This document shows positions 52,806 through 52,860 of a stretch of 52,860 nt of DNA, in pieces. The stretch lies in assembly GCA_029939535.1 (NCBI GenBank), contig JAOZST010000003.1, positions 1-52,860 on the forward strand, in the 5' to 3' direction. The position numbers and the translations under genes are program-made. Positions within the stretch are counted from its first letter, which is position 1. Every line of letters begins with the position of its first letter. The notes beneath the pieces were generated by a model, which saw only the letters and a program-made list of their open reading frames with translations, searched no databases and was not told where the DNA came from. This DNA comes from Desulfobacteraceae bacterium. GTDB lineage: Bacteria > Desulfobacterota > Desulfobacteria > Desulfobacterales > Desulfobacteraceae.

Positions 52806-52860
52806 TTGATAGTATAGGAATTGATAGTATAGGAATTTGCATTTAGCCATTAGGCTTTAG
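52806..52860 (+). repeat. TTAGC-rich intergenic repeat, copy 3 (truncated by the window edge), preceded by a perfect 15-bp tandem duplication
   Basis: ttgatagtataggaa occurs twice (52806-52820 and 52821-52835). It is followed by tttgcatttagccattaggctttag. From gtataggaatttgcatttagc onward this is identical to 3329-3369 except that it lacks the 7-nt unit tgttagc. Confidence 0.6.

Noticed and set aside
1-52860. CRISPR arrays, rRNA genes, IS elements, transposases, integrases and prophage genes.
   Set aside because: No spaced direct-repeat array was seen; only 15-16-bp tandem duplications and three dispersed copies of a roughly 70-bp element. No ORF shows transposase (DDE), integrase or phage structural motifs that I can recognise.

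Overview
The window reads as chromosomal DNA from an anaerobic, sulfate-reducer-like deltaproteobacterium. That taxon is an inference from gene content and is not verified. All protein calls come from motif and architecture recognition by eye; no searches were run. Housekeeping genes I recognise are mobB, aroK, nrdDG, htpG, rimO, a polyprenyl synthase, one tRNA and a TRAP dctPQM operon. They are interleaved with signalling and transport modules. Six regions stand out. (1) 35.0-44.3 kb holds a putative sigma-54 promoter and upstream tandem palindromes. These drive a cytoplasmic molybdopterin oxidoreductase with a TorD-like chaperone domain fused to its N-terminus. Downstream are a small membrane protein, a periplasmic-domain/TauE-type permease fusion, two more membrane proteins, a histidine kinase and an NtrC-type regulator. 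(2) 31.2-34.9 kb is a translationally coupled pair. It consists of a PEP-utilising (water-dikinase-like) enzyme and a dual-specificity phosphatase fused to a YkgJ-type Cys-cluster domain. (3) 10.1-17.9 kb is a tightly coupled five-gene unit: kinase-like protein, RND adaptor, RND pump, non-Pyl MttB-family methyltransferase and Asp/Glu-racemase-like protein. No corrinoid partner is present. (4) 44.3-49.1 kb is a decaying accessory block. It holds an M6-protease/P-domain remnant, an alpha/beta-hydrolase, and an EgtD-like methyltransferase. The methyltransferase is interrupted by an in-frame TGA followed directly by a strong hairpin, so it is either a Sec candidate or a nonsense mutation. (5) A dispersed TTAGC-rich repeat brackets an HD-domain gene in inverted orientation and recurs at the right window edge. 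(6) The single tRNA has an unusual C33 and an A1-U72 pair. No CRISPR array, rRNA, transposase or integrase was recognised.
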